From assembly GCA_965197905.1 (NCBI GenBank), contig CBDAOB010000004.1:192001-256000 (forward strand): DNA of 64,000 nt, written 5' to 3'. Below the pieces are notes generated by a model. The model saw only the letters and a list, made by a program, of their open reading frames with translations, was not told the origin of the DNA and did not search any database. This document shows, one piece after another, positions 38,374 to 47,642 of the stretch. A program made the position numbers and the translations under genes. Each line of letters opens with the position of its first letter. Position 1 is the first letter of the stretch. The DNA is from Candidatus Latescibacterota bacterium. Its GTDB lineage: Bacteria; Latescibacterota; UBA2968; UBA8231.

Positions 38374-41300
38374 CTATCGAAGCACGGTCATCTTGTGGGT
38401 CAGATGGACCGGATCGAGTCCGCGCCCCGACACCTCAAGGCGATAGAAATAGACCCCGCTTCCGACCGCTTGTCCGTCCCCATCGCGTCCCGACCAGGAG
38501 AGGTTGAAGGTGCCCGAAGGTTTGAACCCCGAGTCGAGTACGCGAACTACCCCGCCCGTCACATCGTAGATCGTCAGCCGCACATGGGCGGGCGCGGGCA
38601 AACCGTAGGTGATAACGGTCTCAGGATTGAACGGATTGGGGAAGTTCTGATCCAACCGGAATGCGGCTGGTTGAGACTCCACGATATCCTCGATGGAGGT
38701 CGGGATTTCGGGGCGGGAGCCTATGGTGAACCAGGTGGGCAGCTGGCCTTCGCTGGCGTACGGCTCGGATACGGTTTCGGGAGTGATCTTGTCTTCCAGA
38801 ATGTCGATCCGCCTCAATGTCGGAGTCTCCCCTTCGAAACGTTGGAACAGGAGCTCGGAATCATCCGGAGAATAGCGGGGGTACCCGATGGAGCTATCGT
38901 TGTCCTCGATCAGGTTCGTGGAACCGGTGAACAGATCCCCCGCCCATATCTCGTCGAGGTCGTTGATTTCGTCGTACAGGTCGAATGCAAATGCGTCGTC
39001 GCTGGTCTGTCCGAACGATGGATTCCCGGTGTGTAATCCTTCGGGCAGTGCCGGAAAGAGCGGGAAGATGATCTCGTTGTCCACATCGAGCATGTTGATC
39101 GACCAGAAGGTCAGAGAGTCGCCGTTGGCCTGGGGCACGCTGTTGAAGGCATCGTAGATGATGAACTCGCTGGTGAGATTCCAGTCGAGCGCGTCGGCGT
39201 AAAGGGTTACGTCCGCCTTGATGCCTTCCTGGGTCGTCGGGTTGTAGAGCGTTATTTCTTTGCTGCGTTCGGGATCCTCCAGGTTGAAGATATATATGGT
39301 CGTATCCTGGAATACGGAAGTGGCTGCAAGTCGTTTACCGTCCGGCGACAGGGCGATGGAGGACCAGTTCGCATCCTCACTGATCACTTCCTCGCCGGTA
39401 CCGTCGGAAAAGATGAAGCGAATGAAGTTGTCGGCGTCCACGAACAGAATGATCGAACCGTCGTCCGAAACGCTGACCGGGTTGCCCGTTCCAGTAAATA
39501 CCTGCGTACCGGTCAGCTGTACGACATCTTCCGCCGCCGCGATTTCCGGACGCACCAGCAACAGGCTGTTGTCGTCCGGCTCGCCGTTAACGACAGCGAT
39601 CCATTGCTCACCATCAACCGGGTTGCGATCCTGAGGTGCCGATTCACCTTCGCTGCCGACGATTCCCACCCCATCAAAGGCGGCCGCAACCGCATCTATC
39701 TCCGCTCCCGATTCCCCGAATAGATCAGTGGCAGCGCGCAGCGCCGCCAGGCGCAGATCGACGAAATTCGATCTGCTGTTCAGGTAGCGGGCATCGAGTA
39801 TGCGGTAGTAGATCTGCTCGGTCTTTTCCCGTCCCAACGCCTCGGCGATCAGAAAACAGGCGCGATTGGGAATACCACTGTTTATGTGTACGCCGCCGTT
39901 GTCCTCCGTAATCTCCAGCTCGACGAATTCATCCATGTGTGCCGGCTGCCAGGTAAAATCATTGGCATCGCTCCCGTTATGGGGATCCTGCATATCCCGC
40001 AAGACACCAGAGGCAAATACGCTTTCGTTGGCAATGTCCTCGGCCAGGGTCCAGTCGTCGCGGTCCACCATGGCGCCGAATACGTCCGCAAAAGACTCGT
40101 TCAGCGCGCCGGATTGAAAACGGTACTCGAGATTGACGGTACGTTCGATAACACCGTGGGTCATTTCGTGGGCAACCACGTCCAAAGCGGCTGCCAACGG
40201 ACGAAATCCGACGTCGCCATCTCCATATGCCGTAAACGCCCCGTTCCAGAAGGCGTTGTCCATGGGTTGGTCGTCCTCGGTCACGTGAACAATCGAGATG
40301 ACGGTACCGCCACGGCCGTCGAAGAAGTACTGGAAGGCTCGTCCTGTATGGTGGTGGGCCGATACGGCCACCGGGTCGTCCCAGCTGTTGTCGCTGGACA
40401 TAACGTGAAAAACGGAAGCATCGCTGGAGAGGTCGTTTCCTCGAACATCCAAGGTCCAGATTGCCCCGCGTGGATTATTCAGCAGGTTCGGCTGCTCCGA
40501 GGCGAAGGTCACTCGAGACGCATCGATCATAAAGAAGCTGTCGTCCACCTCGTATGTATTGACGGTCTGGGTTTGCCCGGCTACATCTACGCCGCGTCCC
40601 GTAGCGGGCCCGTCGAACACCGTTCCGTTGTAGAAATCGAGGACGGTTCCGTCATTGGCCGCGACCACGTAGTACCATCGCTCTCTCCAGTTGGGCCGCA
40701 TCATCAGGTGCCAGGCAAGTCGCGGATTCTGTGTGTCCGGGTCTATCCAGATGCCAAGTTCCACGATAGGTCCGTCATAGTCGAGCAGGTTCCGCAAGTC
40801 GTCGGGAATGCGGTTGAGGCTGGTTTGTTTCTCAAGGTGTGATGCCGCGATTTCAACAGCGTTGTTCGCCGCTACAGTCGGCGCGAGGTTCTCTATGGCC
40901 GTGGGCGTCGGCGCGTACCTGCCGTTGATGGCATACGGTTCACCGTCACGCAGGTGCACCACGAGATCGTGCGCCCATACGGGCAACCCCTGGTAGGTCT
41001 GCCGAAAGCAGACATGCTGGTTGCCCAACGGACCGTCAAGTGTGGCGACGGCTTCGAGCTCAACGCGCGGATCGCGGATGCGGAACAGCGCCCGGTTAGC
41101 GGAAATGAAACCTTGGGCTCTTTCCCCCGCGGTGATCTGCACCGATTTGGCTCGGCTATTGGCCGGGGGGCGGGACATGAAGGCGGGCGTGCCATTGCGG
41201 TCGTTATATTGAATGTTCCACCCCGACAGCCTGGTAGCCAGCGACTTCGACGAGCTCCCTCGGATCGGGGCCGCTAGCATTCCCAGGTTCTGCATGGCGG

Positions 41301-41541
41301 GAGTGATGCTCTTACCCTTCCCATGCGCCCGCAGGGCGCGGACCGGTTGAGCCGCGCTGGCGACGAGGCGGGGCCGCACCTCGGTGGCGGCGATACTCCG
41401 CTTTCTCTTCTTCTGCCATGCCTCAGCGGCGGAGGTTGTGGCGGCCGCCGTCAACGGTCCAAAAAAAATCGAGCCCAGCATCATCGTAGCGGTGACGCGG
41501 TTTACAAAGCTCGCCGAACTTATCGATTTTGATGGTCCCAT
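38374..41541 (-). CDS. M4 (thermolysin-family) metallopeptidase with propeptide, beta-propeller-like region and FlgD-Ig/T9SS-like C-terminal domain
   Basis: DNAFWNG, DVVAHEMTHG, GALNESFAD and DNGGVHINSG; SPDG-type repeats; C-terminal QNFPNPFNP...SGVYFYRL...KMTVLR. Confidence 0.92.
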   Translation of the reverse strand: MGPSKSISSASFVNRVTATMMLGSIFFGPLTAAATTSAAEAWQKKRKRSIAATEVRPRLVASAAQPVRALRAHGKGKSITPAMQNLGMLAAPIRGSSSKSLATRLSGWNIQYNDRNGTPAFMSRPPANSRAKSVQITAGERAQGFISANRALFRIRDPRVELEAVATLDGPLGNQHVCFRQTYQGLPVWAHDLVVHLRDGEPYAINGRYAPTPTAIENLAPTVAANNAVEIAASHLEKQTSLNRIPDDLRNLLDYDGPIVELGIWIDPDTQNPRLAWHLMMRPNWRERWYYVVAANDGTVLDFYNGTVFDGPATGRGVDVAGQTQTVNTYEVDDSFFMIDASRVTFASEQPNLLNNPRGAIWTLDVRGNDLSSDASVFHVMSSDNSWDDPVAVSAHHHTGRAFQYFFDGRGGTVISIVHVTEDDQPMDNAFWNGAFTAYGDGDVGFRPLAAALDVVAHEMTHGVIERTVNLEYRFQSGALNESFADVFGAMVDRDDWTLAEDIANESVFASGVLRDMQDPHNGSDANDFTWQPAHMDEFVELEITEDNGGVHINSGIPNRACFLIAEALGREKTEQIYYRILDARYLNSRSNFVDLRLAALRAATDLFGESGAEIDAVAAAFDGVGIVGSEGESAPQDRNPVDGEQWIAVVNGEPDDNSLLLVRPEIAAAEDVVQLTGTQVFTGTGNPVSVSDDGSIILFVDADNFIRFIFSDGTGEEVISEDANWSSIALSPDGKRLAATSVFQDTTIYIFNLEDPERSKEITLYNPTTQEGIKADVTLYADALDWNLTSEFIIYDAFNSVPQANGDSLTFWSINMLDVDNEIIFPLFPALPEGLHTGNPSFGQTSDDAFAFDLYDEINDLDEIWAGDLFTGSTNLIEDNDSSIGYPRYSPDDSELLFQRFEGETPTLRRIDILEDKITPETVSEPYASEGQLPTWFTIGSRPEIPTSIEDIVESQPAAFRLDQNFPNPFNPETVITYGLPAPAHVRLTIYDVTGGVVRVLDSGFKPSGTFNLSWSGRDGDGQAVGSGVYFYRLEVSGRGLDPVHLTHKMTVLR

Positions 41542-42014
41542 TAGATCCCGTTTCTAGGAGGCGATGAATCTGGTCCGAGGCCGGAACAATACCGCATCAC
41601 TTCTCGGTACCAACCGGCTACCGCCGCCGGCTTCGGTTCTGAGCCCGACCACGTCCAAACGAAGGTGCTATCGGACGACTGGTACACAATGCGAGAAGTG
41701 ACGTTCCCGTATTCCTGCGCTCTCTGGTCGAGCAGACCGGTAGCCAACAGTTTCTGAGCGAACGAGCGCATCGTTCCGGCGTCTATACTTCGGGTCCAAA
41801 GAATCGACTCGTCCTTAGCGGTTCTGCGCTCAAAGGCGACGACCTGGCCCTCGGACTGCAACCGATAGCCGCGAACAAGCCCGCTGAAACCGCCACCGGA
41901 GCTGATGGAAATGGAAAAGAATCGGGCGTCTTGAGTGGTGCAGCTACAAACCAGCGACAGCGCCCACAACCAGCGAGGTAGGCTCGATGGTGCTTTCGAA
42001 AAAGCTGCGGGCAC
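41541..42014 (-). CDS. Putative lipoprotein with a GGGFSG motif
   Basis: Lipobox-like LVCSC; its stop overlaps the protease start (TAATG). Confidence 0.7.
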   Translation of the reverse strand: MPAAFSKAPSSLPRWLWALSLVCSCTTQDARFFSISISSGGGFSGLVRGYRLQSEGQVVAFERRTAKDESILWTRSIDAGTMRSFAQKLLATGLLDQRAQEYGNVTSRIVYQSSDSTFVWTWSGSEPKPAAVAGWYREVMRYCSGLGPDSSPPRNGI

Positions 42015-42241
42015 GGAGTACCGACTTTCTGAACCTCACCTTACTCGAAAATTCAAACGCGAGGGCAGCCCGAATCGTCTGAAACCGCCGCAACCCAGAA
42101 ATACAGAAGGGTAGCTAAGTAAGTCAACGCCATGGCATCTCGCCTGTATATACCAGATGTTGTAGGGTATTCCGAAAGGCTGCACAATGAGCTAATCCAA
42201 GGGCACATAAACATAAAGTCGCTATAAACTTAGTCGATATT

Positions 42242-43000
42242 ATGGAGGCAGGAGGAAGCAGTGTGAACACGAGGCGCAAGAGCAAACGGCGAGGCGGCCG
42301 CAGCTCACTCGGAATTCGATTAGTCGGATTGGGCGGCGTAGTCTGTATCGCCTGGGCTGTCATCGGGTTGGCGCTTTCACTTTCGAATCCAGAAGTAGCA
42401 ACCGTCTCCGACGACGTGGCCGAGCAGGAACACGAGTCGGGTGATTTGATCGACCGCGAGGAGAACGCAGCTCCCTCCTCGAGCGGGCGAGAATCCGACT
42501 CTTACTACCCGCTGCACGTGGGACGGTTCTGGATATACAAGCACGTTGACCACAAAACCGGTAGCGAAATGGAAATCGAGCGTCGCATCGTTCGCAGGGA
42601 ACGGCGCGACGATCGTGAACTCTTCTTCTTTGACGATGGTAGCATGGTATACGACCAGGATGGAAAGATTTTCGAGATAGGTCCAGAGGGCGGCGTCAAC
42701 GTCGTTCCAATACGCGGAAGGGCCGATGACGTTCCGTACATCTATCGTACCGAAGGCTTGCACATCGAAAAGAGGATCGGCGCAACCTCGACCGCCCTGG
42801 TGCTGGGAGAACGAGAGTTCGCCGATTGCATGGAGGTGGTTACTCGCTTCAGACGCGTCGAGCAAGATTCGTCGCGCTCCCTGGCTTACTCATCCTACTA
42901 CTCCCGTGGGGTCGGGCTAGTTGCCCGCGCCCAGTGGTTTAACGGAAGACATTCCGAACCTACTATGATTCTGCAGGATTTCGGACCCAACGGATTGTAG
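42242..43000 (+). CDS. Hypothetical membrane-anchored beta-rich protein
   Basis: Basic N-terminus and TM helix, acidic linker, YYPL.VG..W.Y and YY..GVGLV motifs. Confidence 0.75.
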   Translation: MEAGGSSVNTRRKSKRRGGRSSLGIRLVGLGGVVCIAWAVIGLALSLSNPEVATVSDDVAEQEHESGDLIDREENAAPSSSGRESDSYYPLHVGRFWIYKHVDHKTGSEMEIERRIVRRERRDDRELFFFDDGSMVYDQDGKIFEIGPEGGVNVVPIRGRADDVPYIYRTEGLHIEKRIGATSTALVLGEREFADCMEVVTRFRRVEQDSSRSLAYSSYYSRGVGLVARAQWFNGRHSEPTMILQDFGPNGL

Positions 43001-43024
43001 CGACGTGAAGAGAGATAGGTTTTC

Positions 43025-44010
43025 ATGCTAGGTAGATGTTGGATTCCATTGCTGAGCGCAATCTGCCTGCTGGGCCACGCATACGCAGCCGATATGGTTG
43101 CCACCGAAGTGGTCCGGGTCGAACGCTCTAATGGAGAGGTCACTGGCGTAGTCCTGGCGGCCGGCCGCATGGACGGCGTGGTTTTGGATACCCATGTCAC
43201 TCTGCTGCGCGACGGGGAACCCATCGTTCACCCCCTCACCGGTGAGCCGCTCGGCACACCGCAGGAGCCGGTGGGCGTTATCATGGTGTACGAGGTTTCC
43301 GACCGCCAATCCAAGGGGGTCATGGTCAAGACCTATTCGGAACCCGCTGCGGGAGACATGGCCGAGTACGAGAAGGCGGCCATGATGCCAACGGCGAAAG
43401 AACCGGAGCCGGAAGCTATGGACGCCATGACCGAGCGTGTGAAAAAACTGGAGAACAGCGTCAAGAAGTACGGCAAGTCCAACCGCGCGCTGCAGAGATT
43501 GCCTGGCATGTCACAACAGGTTCTAGATGAAATCGGTGCCATGAAGTCGTATCTCGTTGGCCTGGACGAACGACTCGTCGAGCTGGAAGAGCGCCAGGAC
43601 GAGGATCAAAACCGGTTGGCATCGGTAATACGCGGTGAATATAGCTCCGAAGATATGAAGGAGTTGACGATTCGTTATGCCCCCGATACCAACCTGCGAC
43701 TGCGCGTCGCAGGAAAAACCCTGATCATTGGTGTGGAGCGGGATTCCGTATTCCTCGAGGAGCCCGTCGAGCAATTTATGTTCGAGGACGAATCGCTCGA
43801 AGAGGACGTGGAAGAAGATACGCGGCCGATGATGGAGCGCCTCGAGTCGTTCATGCAAACGCCGTACGGAATCGGAACTGGAATCGGATTTTCATCATTG
43901 TCGCCGGCGTAATTTCATGGCTGATCAAACGCCGTTACGACAACGTCATGCAGGGGATCGACGATTGGGAGGATGAGTACACGGATGACGACGAGGAAGA
44001 GGACATATAA
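43025..44010 (+). CDS. Exported protein with FlgT-C-like domain, coiled coil and C-terminal TM/acidic tail; frameshift at about 43890
   Basis: The main ORF stops at 43912. The -1 frame from 43891 reads FIIVAGVISWLIKRRYDNVMQGIDDWEDEYTDDDEEEDI and stops at 44010, 2 nt before the next ATG. Confidence 0.7.
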
Positions 44011-44012
44011 TC

Positions 44013-44879
44013 ATGAAACGGCTAGCATACGTCCTCGCTTCCATCTGCCTTTTCGGCACCGCCGTCGCGGCAGAGAACATGAACTACGTCATCAAGGTGA
44101 CGCCCACGTTGGTGTATATCGATGGCGGGCAGACCCATGGAATCCATGTGGGGGACGCGTTCATGATCTTGCGCGCCGAGAAGAAGGCGGATCAATTCGC
44201 CCAGGTGGCGCAGGTGAACGTCATCCGCGTCTTCGAAGAATTCAGCATCGCCGAAATCTCCAGCGTCGTCGAGGGTGAGAAGATCGACATGCTGCAGCGA
44301 GCCATTTCGCGCATGGATTGGGAACAGATGGGCCGAATGGCCAAAATCGGCGCGAAGAAGGGGCGTAAATCGAAAGCGGGCAAGAGGTTCGTCTATCTTG
44401 TTGGCGGTGGTGAATGGTCGAAGGAAACAAAGCTGCAGTGGCAGAACGACCGCTTGATGGGTGTCGGCGGTTCGAACGAGGCCGGAATCGGACTTAGAAT
44501 CGGCAAGGTGTTCGCCGAACATCTGCGGCTGAGCTTTACCTATCGAGTTTCGGGGGATCTCCTTGGGGTTGGGGACGGCGACGTGACCCAGCTATCGATT
44601 GAAGTCGACGGCCAGATCCTACCGCGTCCCGACTATAAGGTTGGACCATATATAGGCGTCGGTGTTGGTATGCACCAGCTCAACTGGGACGCCGTAGGAA
44701 ACAACGCCGATTCCGCCAATAAGGTGGGGTTGAATCTGCTGGCAGGTTTGCAGTTTCCGATTAGCGACGCCCGTTGGCGCTTCCTTCTGGAAGCGGGGTA
44801 CCAGAGGGTGGCCAAGTTTGACGACCTGATCGATGCCAGCCATGTGAGGAGTTATCTCGGCTTCGGTCGGAATTTCTGA
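44013..44879 (+). CDS. Outer-membrane protein: FlgT-C-like N-domain plus small beta-barrel
   Basis: Signal peptide; VYIDGG..HGI.VGD.F and V.V..V.E.FS.A; PYIGVGVG; terminal YLGFGRNF. Confidence 0.75.
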   Translation: MKRLAYVLASICLFGTAVAAENMNYVIKVTPTLVYIDGGQTHGIHVGDAFMILRAEKKADQFAQVAQVNVIRVFEEFSIAEISSVVEGEKIDMLQRAISRMDWEQMGRMAKIGAKKGRKSKAGKRFVYLVGGGEWSKETKLQWQNDRLMGVGGSNEAGIGLRIGKVFAEHLRLSFTYRVSGDLLGVGDGDVTQLSIEVDGQILPRPDYKVGPYIGVGVGMHQLNWDAVGNNADSANKVGLNLLAGLQFPISDARWRFLLEAGYQRVAKFDDLIDASHVRSYLGFGRNF

Positions 44880-44939
44880 TCGACAGACTGTAACAGGACG
44901 GGATTCAAATCCCGATACCAGAATCCGAGCCGGTTGCGT

Positions 44940-45857
44940 TTACGCAGCCGGCTTTTTTCGTCGATTTCGTCCAAATGTTCCGGAGACCCAAATGCTGACC
45001 TCGTACAGCAAAAGCAACGGTAGCGCCATCAAGAGCTGCGAGAGGGGATCAGGCGGCGTAAAAATCGCGCCCAGAACAAAGATGATGATGATGGCGTAGC
45101 GGCGGATACTGCGCATGTATTCGGGGGTGAGAATTCCTATGCGTGAGAGAATCAGAGCCACCACCGGCATCTCGAACACGATTCCGAATCCCAGCAATAG
45201 TCGAAGCACAAAGCTGATGTAGATATCCACAGCCCACTGAGAGGTCATGTCCGGTGGCTCGAGAGCCAGGAAAAAGCGCAGCCCCAGTGGCAACACGATC
45301 CAGTAGGCTGCCGCGGTGCCGAGACAGAAGCAACCCACACTGGCGCCCACGACCGGAATCGCCAGGCGCCGTTCCTCGGAGAGCAGACCGGGGGCCACGA
45401 ACTGCCAGAACTGATAGAAGACTACGGGTAACGCGATAATGAATCCGCCAATGAGCGCGATCTGCAAGCTGATGAAGAAATAGGTCATCGGTTTCAGGGC
45501 TTGCAGCTGACGCGTTTCCGGAAGCTCCGCCGGCACCGGTGGGGCAGGCGCTTCGGCATACTTGGGGTCGATTCCCGCCGCCCATCGCTTCAGCAACTGT
45601 TTCACTGCTTCAACGGCGCCCGAAGAGCGTTCGCTCTCCAAGCTTCGCACCGCATCTTCGTACGGATAGGTGAGGACCTTGAGCAGGGAGTCGGAGAAGA
45701 CGAAACAGACCACGGCGCCCAGTAGGATGGCAGCCAGCGCTTTGAGTATCCGCCACCGCAACTCTTCCAAATGGTCGAGAAAAGGCATTTCAGCGCGCCC
45801 GCCTTCCGTCTCGACCAGTTCGGAGTCGTGGGTTGTTGTCAGGTCGCGATCGCTCAT
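44940..45857 (-). CDS. tatC: Twin-arginine translocase subunit TatC
   Basis: MPFLDHLEELRWR, YQFWQFVAPGL, GIVFEMPV, RRYA, TPPDPLSQ and PL.LLYE. Confidence 0.96.
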   Translation of the reverse strand: MSDRDLTTTHDSELVETEGGRAEMPFLDHLEELRWRILKALAAILLGAVVCFVFSDSLLKVLTYPYEDAVRSLESERSSGAVEAVKQLLKRWAAGIDPKYAEAPAPPVPAELPETRQLQALKPMTYFFISLQIALIGGFIIALPVVFYQFWQFVAPGLLSEERRLAIPVVGASVGCFCLGTAAAYWIVLPLGLRFFLALEPPDMTSQWAVDIYISFVLRLLLGFGIVFEMPVVALILSRIGILTPEYMRSIRRYAIIIIFVLGAIFTPPDPLSQLLMALPLLLLYEVSIWVSGTFGRNRRKKPAA

Positions 45858-47428
45858 GTCTTTTTTTCGGCAAGGCGCAGGAACGCAACAGCAAGCGCCG
45901 TCAGGGCGAATACGAGATGGGCGAAGAGATCCCCATTTCTTGTGTAGAAGGTAGTCTCCGTGCGCACGGGGACATCGGCAACGCGATAATCGGGTTCATA
46001 GATGGACGTCGCTTCGAACGATCGCCCAAAGGGGTCAATGAATACTGAAATACCGGTCGTTGCGCAACGGGCTATGGAGCTCCGATTCTCCACCGCGCGA
46101 AGTATCGCCAGAAGCGCATGCTGATAGGGACCCGATGTGCGCCCGAACCAGGAATCGTTGGTTATGTTTACCAGCAGCCGGGCTCCGTTCAAGACCGCCC
46201 GCCGGGTCAAATCGGGAAACACCGACTCGAAACAGATCAACACGGCGTAGTCGGCCTTTGCATTGCGGAAGAGGGTGCGCTCTTTCCCACGAGCGAATTC
46301 GGCCGATCCCAGGTCGCCGGTCAGCTTGGACCAGTCTATGTTCCGCAAGAACGGGATCCGATCCCGGAAGGGAGTCCGTTCGCCGAAGGGCACCAGGTGC
46401 ATCTTGGCGTAGGCCGCCATCTCACCTCCGTCGGGCCGCACCAAGAACGCCGCATTGTAAGGCTCGCGTTGCTCCCGGTTGTAGTCAGATGCACCGGTAA
46501 GCACGGGCACCTGAATCTCGCGCACGAAGCTCTCAAGCCGTTCGCGGCAATCGGGTCGCAGGCGCAGGTAACACGGAAGCGCCGTCTCAGGCCAGACCAA
46601 CAGGTCCGGCCGTTGTTGCGCCGCCCCCCGGCTGAGTCTTTCCAGGACCTCGAAGCTGCGTTCCAACCCTCCCGGCCCCCACTTGCCTTCGCGCATCAGA
46701 TTCGGCTGAACAACGGCAACTCGAATCGTTTCGTTGGTCTCGGAGCCATCGGGAATCACCCATCGTCCGTAGAGCCAGGGAATCGCAATCCAGGCCGCCA
46801 GCGAACCCATCACCACGAACCGCATGCGGCCTCGAGACCACATGACAAGAAAGAGCGCAGTGCTAGCGGCGGCGACCCAGAAGCTGACGCCGTATACACC
46901 GGTGATCGAAGCGTATTGGATGATCGCTGGAAAAACGGCCTGGCTATGCCCTAACAGAAGCCATGGAAATCCCAACTCGCCGAGAGAAAGCACGTACTCC
47001 TGTATGGTCCAGACAAATGGAACGAGAAGAAAGCCGCGCGTGCCCCAACGTCCCACCGCCACATTGATTGACCCCGCGAAGAACCCCACGAAGAGCCCAA
47101 GATAACCTCCGATCAGAATCGTTCCTCCCACTACTGCCAAACCTCCACCCTGCGTATGCCCCACCCAGTACAGACCGACCATGGTAAGAACAAACCCGGT
47201 CAACAGACCCCGTTTGAAGCCATGGCCGAAATCACTTCCCGGAAGGGCAGCTAGCAACGGTACCAGGCCGAAATAAGCCCACAATGGGTGAAACAAAACC
47301 GCAAACACTTGGTCGGGATTGCATGGAAAAGCCAGGCCCAGAAAAAGCCCGCTGGCGCCCGCGAGAATCCAGGAGTTGCGAAAGAGAATCCCGGAGGTGA
47401 ACCGGTCCGCGGAAGAATGGGAGTGCAT
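45854..47428 (-). CDS. lnt: Apolipoprotein N-acyltransferase
   Basis: GFPW..LGHSQ, VQPN, WPETA, KMHLVPFGE, ICFES, NITNDSWFG and RAVE; start uncertain. Confidence 0.95.
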   Translation of the reverse strand: MHSHSSADRFTSGILFRNSWILAGASGLFLGLAFPCNPDQVFAVLFHPLWAYFGLVPLLAALPGSDFGHGFKRGLLTGFVLTMVGLYWVGHTQGGGLAVVGGTILIGGYLGLFVGFFAGSINVAVGRWGTRGFLLVPFVWTIQEYVLSLGELGFPWLLLGHSQAVFPAIIQYASITGVYGVSFWVAAASTALFLVMWSRGRMRFVVMGSLAAWIAIPWLYGRWVIPDGSETNETIRVAVVQPNLMREGKWGPGGLERSFEVLERLSRGAAQQRPDLLVWPETALPCYLRLRPDCRERLESFVREIQVPVLTGASDYNREQREPYNAAFLVRPDGGEMAAYAKMHLVPFGERTPFRDRIPFLRNIDWSKLTGDLGSAEFARGKERTLFRNAKADYAVLICFESVFPDLTRRAVLNGARLLVNITNDSWFGRTSGPYQHALLAILRAVENRSSIARCATTGISVFIDPFGRSFEATSIYEPDYRVADVPVRTETTFYTRNGDLFAHLVFALTALAVAFLRLAEKKT

Positions 47429-47527
47429 CGATTGGCAGGAGAAAATGAAAGGCGAATCACATGCGGTCATTGCCGCGTCCAAAATATAGTCGGGATAGTC
47501 GGGCCGACAACTCCGATGCAGGATCGG

Positions 47528-47543
47528 CGGCACGCAATCTGCT
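47528..47543 (+). promoter_or_regulatory. Possible sigma-54 promoter upstream of radC
   Basis: CGGCACGCAATCTGCT with GG-N10-GC spacing. Confidence 0.4.
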
Positions 47544-47642
47544 TGTCGTAAGGCGCTCCGCCAGCATCCGCGCAACAATAGGTCTGGATGCTTCACAGTC
47601 CCGCTTCTATTCCTACACGGTCTATTCGGAGGATACTACTGC

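Noticed and set aside
42145..42157. 13-mer TGTATATACCAGA shared with positions 1-13
   Set aside because: A single short match with one copy at the window edge; not enough to call a repeat or binding site.
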